Shown one piece after another: positions 62,854 through 64,000 of a DNA stretch of 64,000 bases (positions are counted from its first letter, which is position 1; each line of letters begins with the position of its first letter). The notes beneath the pieces are model-generated. The model saw only the letters and a list, made by a program, of their open reading frames with translations. It ran no database searches and was not told where the DNA came from. The stretch is from the sequence record NC_031127.1, one strand, 5' to 3'. Both the position numbers and the translations under genes were made by a program.

Positions 62854-64000
62854 GGGTAAAACCACATTCGAGCCGGTTAAGACGGAACCCGAATACCTGA
62901 ATCAAGCTCAAGACGGCGTCAAGGAAAAAACCAACATCGTCACAGAGCCCACCAGAACGACCGTAGTCGATTTAGAGCGTACGCCTGCCGTTAACCTGCT
63001 TCCTGTCGTTGAAGGCTCCTCGTGGCCGCTGCTGGCGTATTATCGACGGTTAATGGGCAAGAACGACCCGAAGATGCTGTTCGACCCGAAACAGGACACG
63101 CCGGTACAGCAATACGACTGCATCCACTATCTGGAGCTGCGGGTTAACAGTCCCTTGTCGCGTGACCAAGACGGGGGCAACAAAACCTTCACCATGTCGG
63201 GCAGTGCCACCATGGCCACGTCCGTGGTACCGAACGAAAACGATATCTTCACGGCCTCCCTTGGAGATAACCGTGTCGGTATCTTTAACGTCACCACTAC
63301 CACCCGTAATTCGAACAACAAGGTTGCCACCTATTCCATTGAGTACACCTTACTCTTTGAAATGTCACCTGCCCACAAAGCCATACTGGACAAGTGTACG
63401 GCGCATGAGTTCTATTACGTTAAGGAACGTGCGTATACGGGTGGTGACACCTTACTCACCCCGAACGAGTACAACGCGTACTTGGCACTCGGTGAGCATG
63501 TCAAGGGGATTGAGGAGACGTACCTGCGTCGTTTCTTTAACGAGGACGCGCAAACGATTCTCTTCCCGGATGACCGTTACGGGTATGCCTACGATGTGTT
63601 CTTGGCGCAGTTCGTCCGGGACATTGGCCTGCGTATGGTGGGTAAAGATGTGCGTATCTATCCGCACCCAACCAAACCGATTCGTGATATCGAAACGCTG
63701 TTCACGGTCATCATCGCCCAACAACCCCTGTTCCTGCAAGATGTCAATCGCAAGAACAAAGGGTTGTCGGTGCGGTCGTTCCGTACCATGCAGACGTACA
63801 ACAACGTGGGTTGGTCGAAGATTGCAGTAACGCGCTACTTCTCTGACGATGCGCCGTTGCGTCAAATGCCTGCGGAATGGCCGAAGTTCGATGACTTTAC
63901 CAGCATAGATGTGTTGCTGGAAGGCTCGAACGAAACGGTGCCGGGCTTCCTGCCGTTAACGTACACGCCATACCTGCTGACTGACGTGTTTTACAACGGC
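62834..64000 (+). CDS. virion structural protein (possible neck/adaptor), truncated by the window end
   Basis: GAGGT SD, ATG 62834 (MLQAKGKGK...), open to the end of the window (389 codons); absent from the ORF track because it has no stop. Confidence 0.7.
   Translation, partial: MLQAKGKGKTTFEPVKTEPEYLNQAQDGVKEKTNIVTEPTRTTVVDLERTPAVNLLPVVEGSSWPLLAYYRRLMGKNDPKMLFDPKQDTPVQQYDCIHYLELRVNSPLSRDQDGGNKTFTMSGSATMATSVVPNENDIFTASLGDNRVGIFNVTTTTRNSNNKVATYSIEYTLLFEMSPAHKAILDKCTAHEFYYVKERAYTGGDTLLTPNEYNAYLALGEHVKGIEETYLRRFFNEDAQTILFPDDRYGYAYDVFLAQFVRDIGLRMVGKDVRIYPHPTKPIRDIETLFTVIIAQQPLFLQDVNRKNKGLSVRSFRTMQTYNNVGWSKIAVTRYFSDDAPLRQMPAEWPKFDDFTSIDVLLEGSNETVPGFLPLTYTPYLLTDVFYNG

Noticed and set aside
1-64000. 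CRISPR array, IS/transposase, integrase, rRNA, inteins
   Set aside because: No regularly spaced repeats or diagnostic motifs seen by eye; a weak signal could have been missed without computation

Overview
This is a 64-kb segment of a nucleus-forming jumbo phage (phiKZ-like, Chimalliviridae). Gene order fits the SPN3US / Erwinia vB_EamM group; I inferred that from motifs and synteny, not from a database search. Positions ~1-6.8 kb form an accessory island with an HslV-like Ntn protease, a TerB + membrane protein + TAXI solute-binding operon, a ParB-like protein, about 9 recognisable tRNAs and many non-tRNA structured RNAs. The rest is the conserved core: early operons, a split family-B DNA polymerase (two genes 30 kb apart), probable chimallin, non-virion RNAP subunits (beta'-N with NADFDGD, sigma-like, beta-C, beta'-C), an SbcD-like nuclease, ChmC- and PicA-like genes, an SF2 helicase, one virion RNAP beta' piece, head/ejection and baseplate proteins, DHFR and neck-like genes running off the right edge. 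Two observations stand out. (1) A likely programmed -1 frameshift (T TTT TTC + 7-bp hairpin + open -1 frame) would join 38951-40975 to 41014-41382, like tail chaperone G/GT pairs. (2) The non-coding RNA island contains a ~630-nt ornate RNA, a ~218-nt tRNA-mimic, several aberrant tRNA-like RNAs, and a 37-nt loop motif present twice inside unrelated closing stems. All RNA structures were folded by eye. No CRISPR array, IS element or rRNA was seen.
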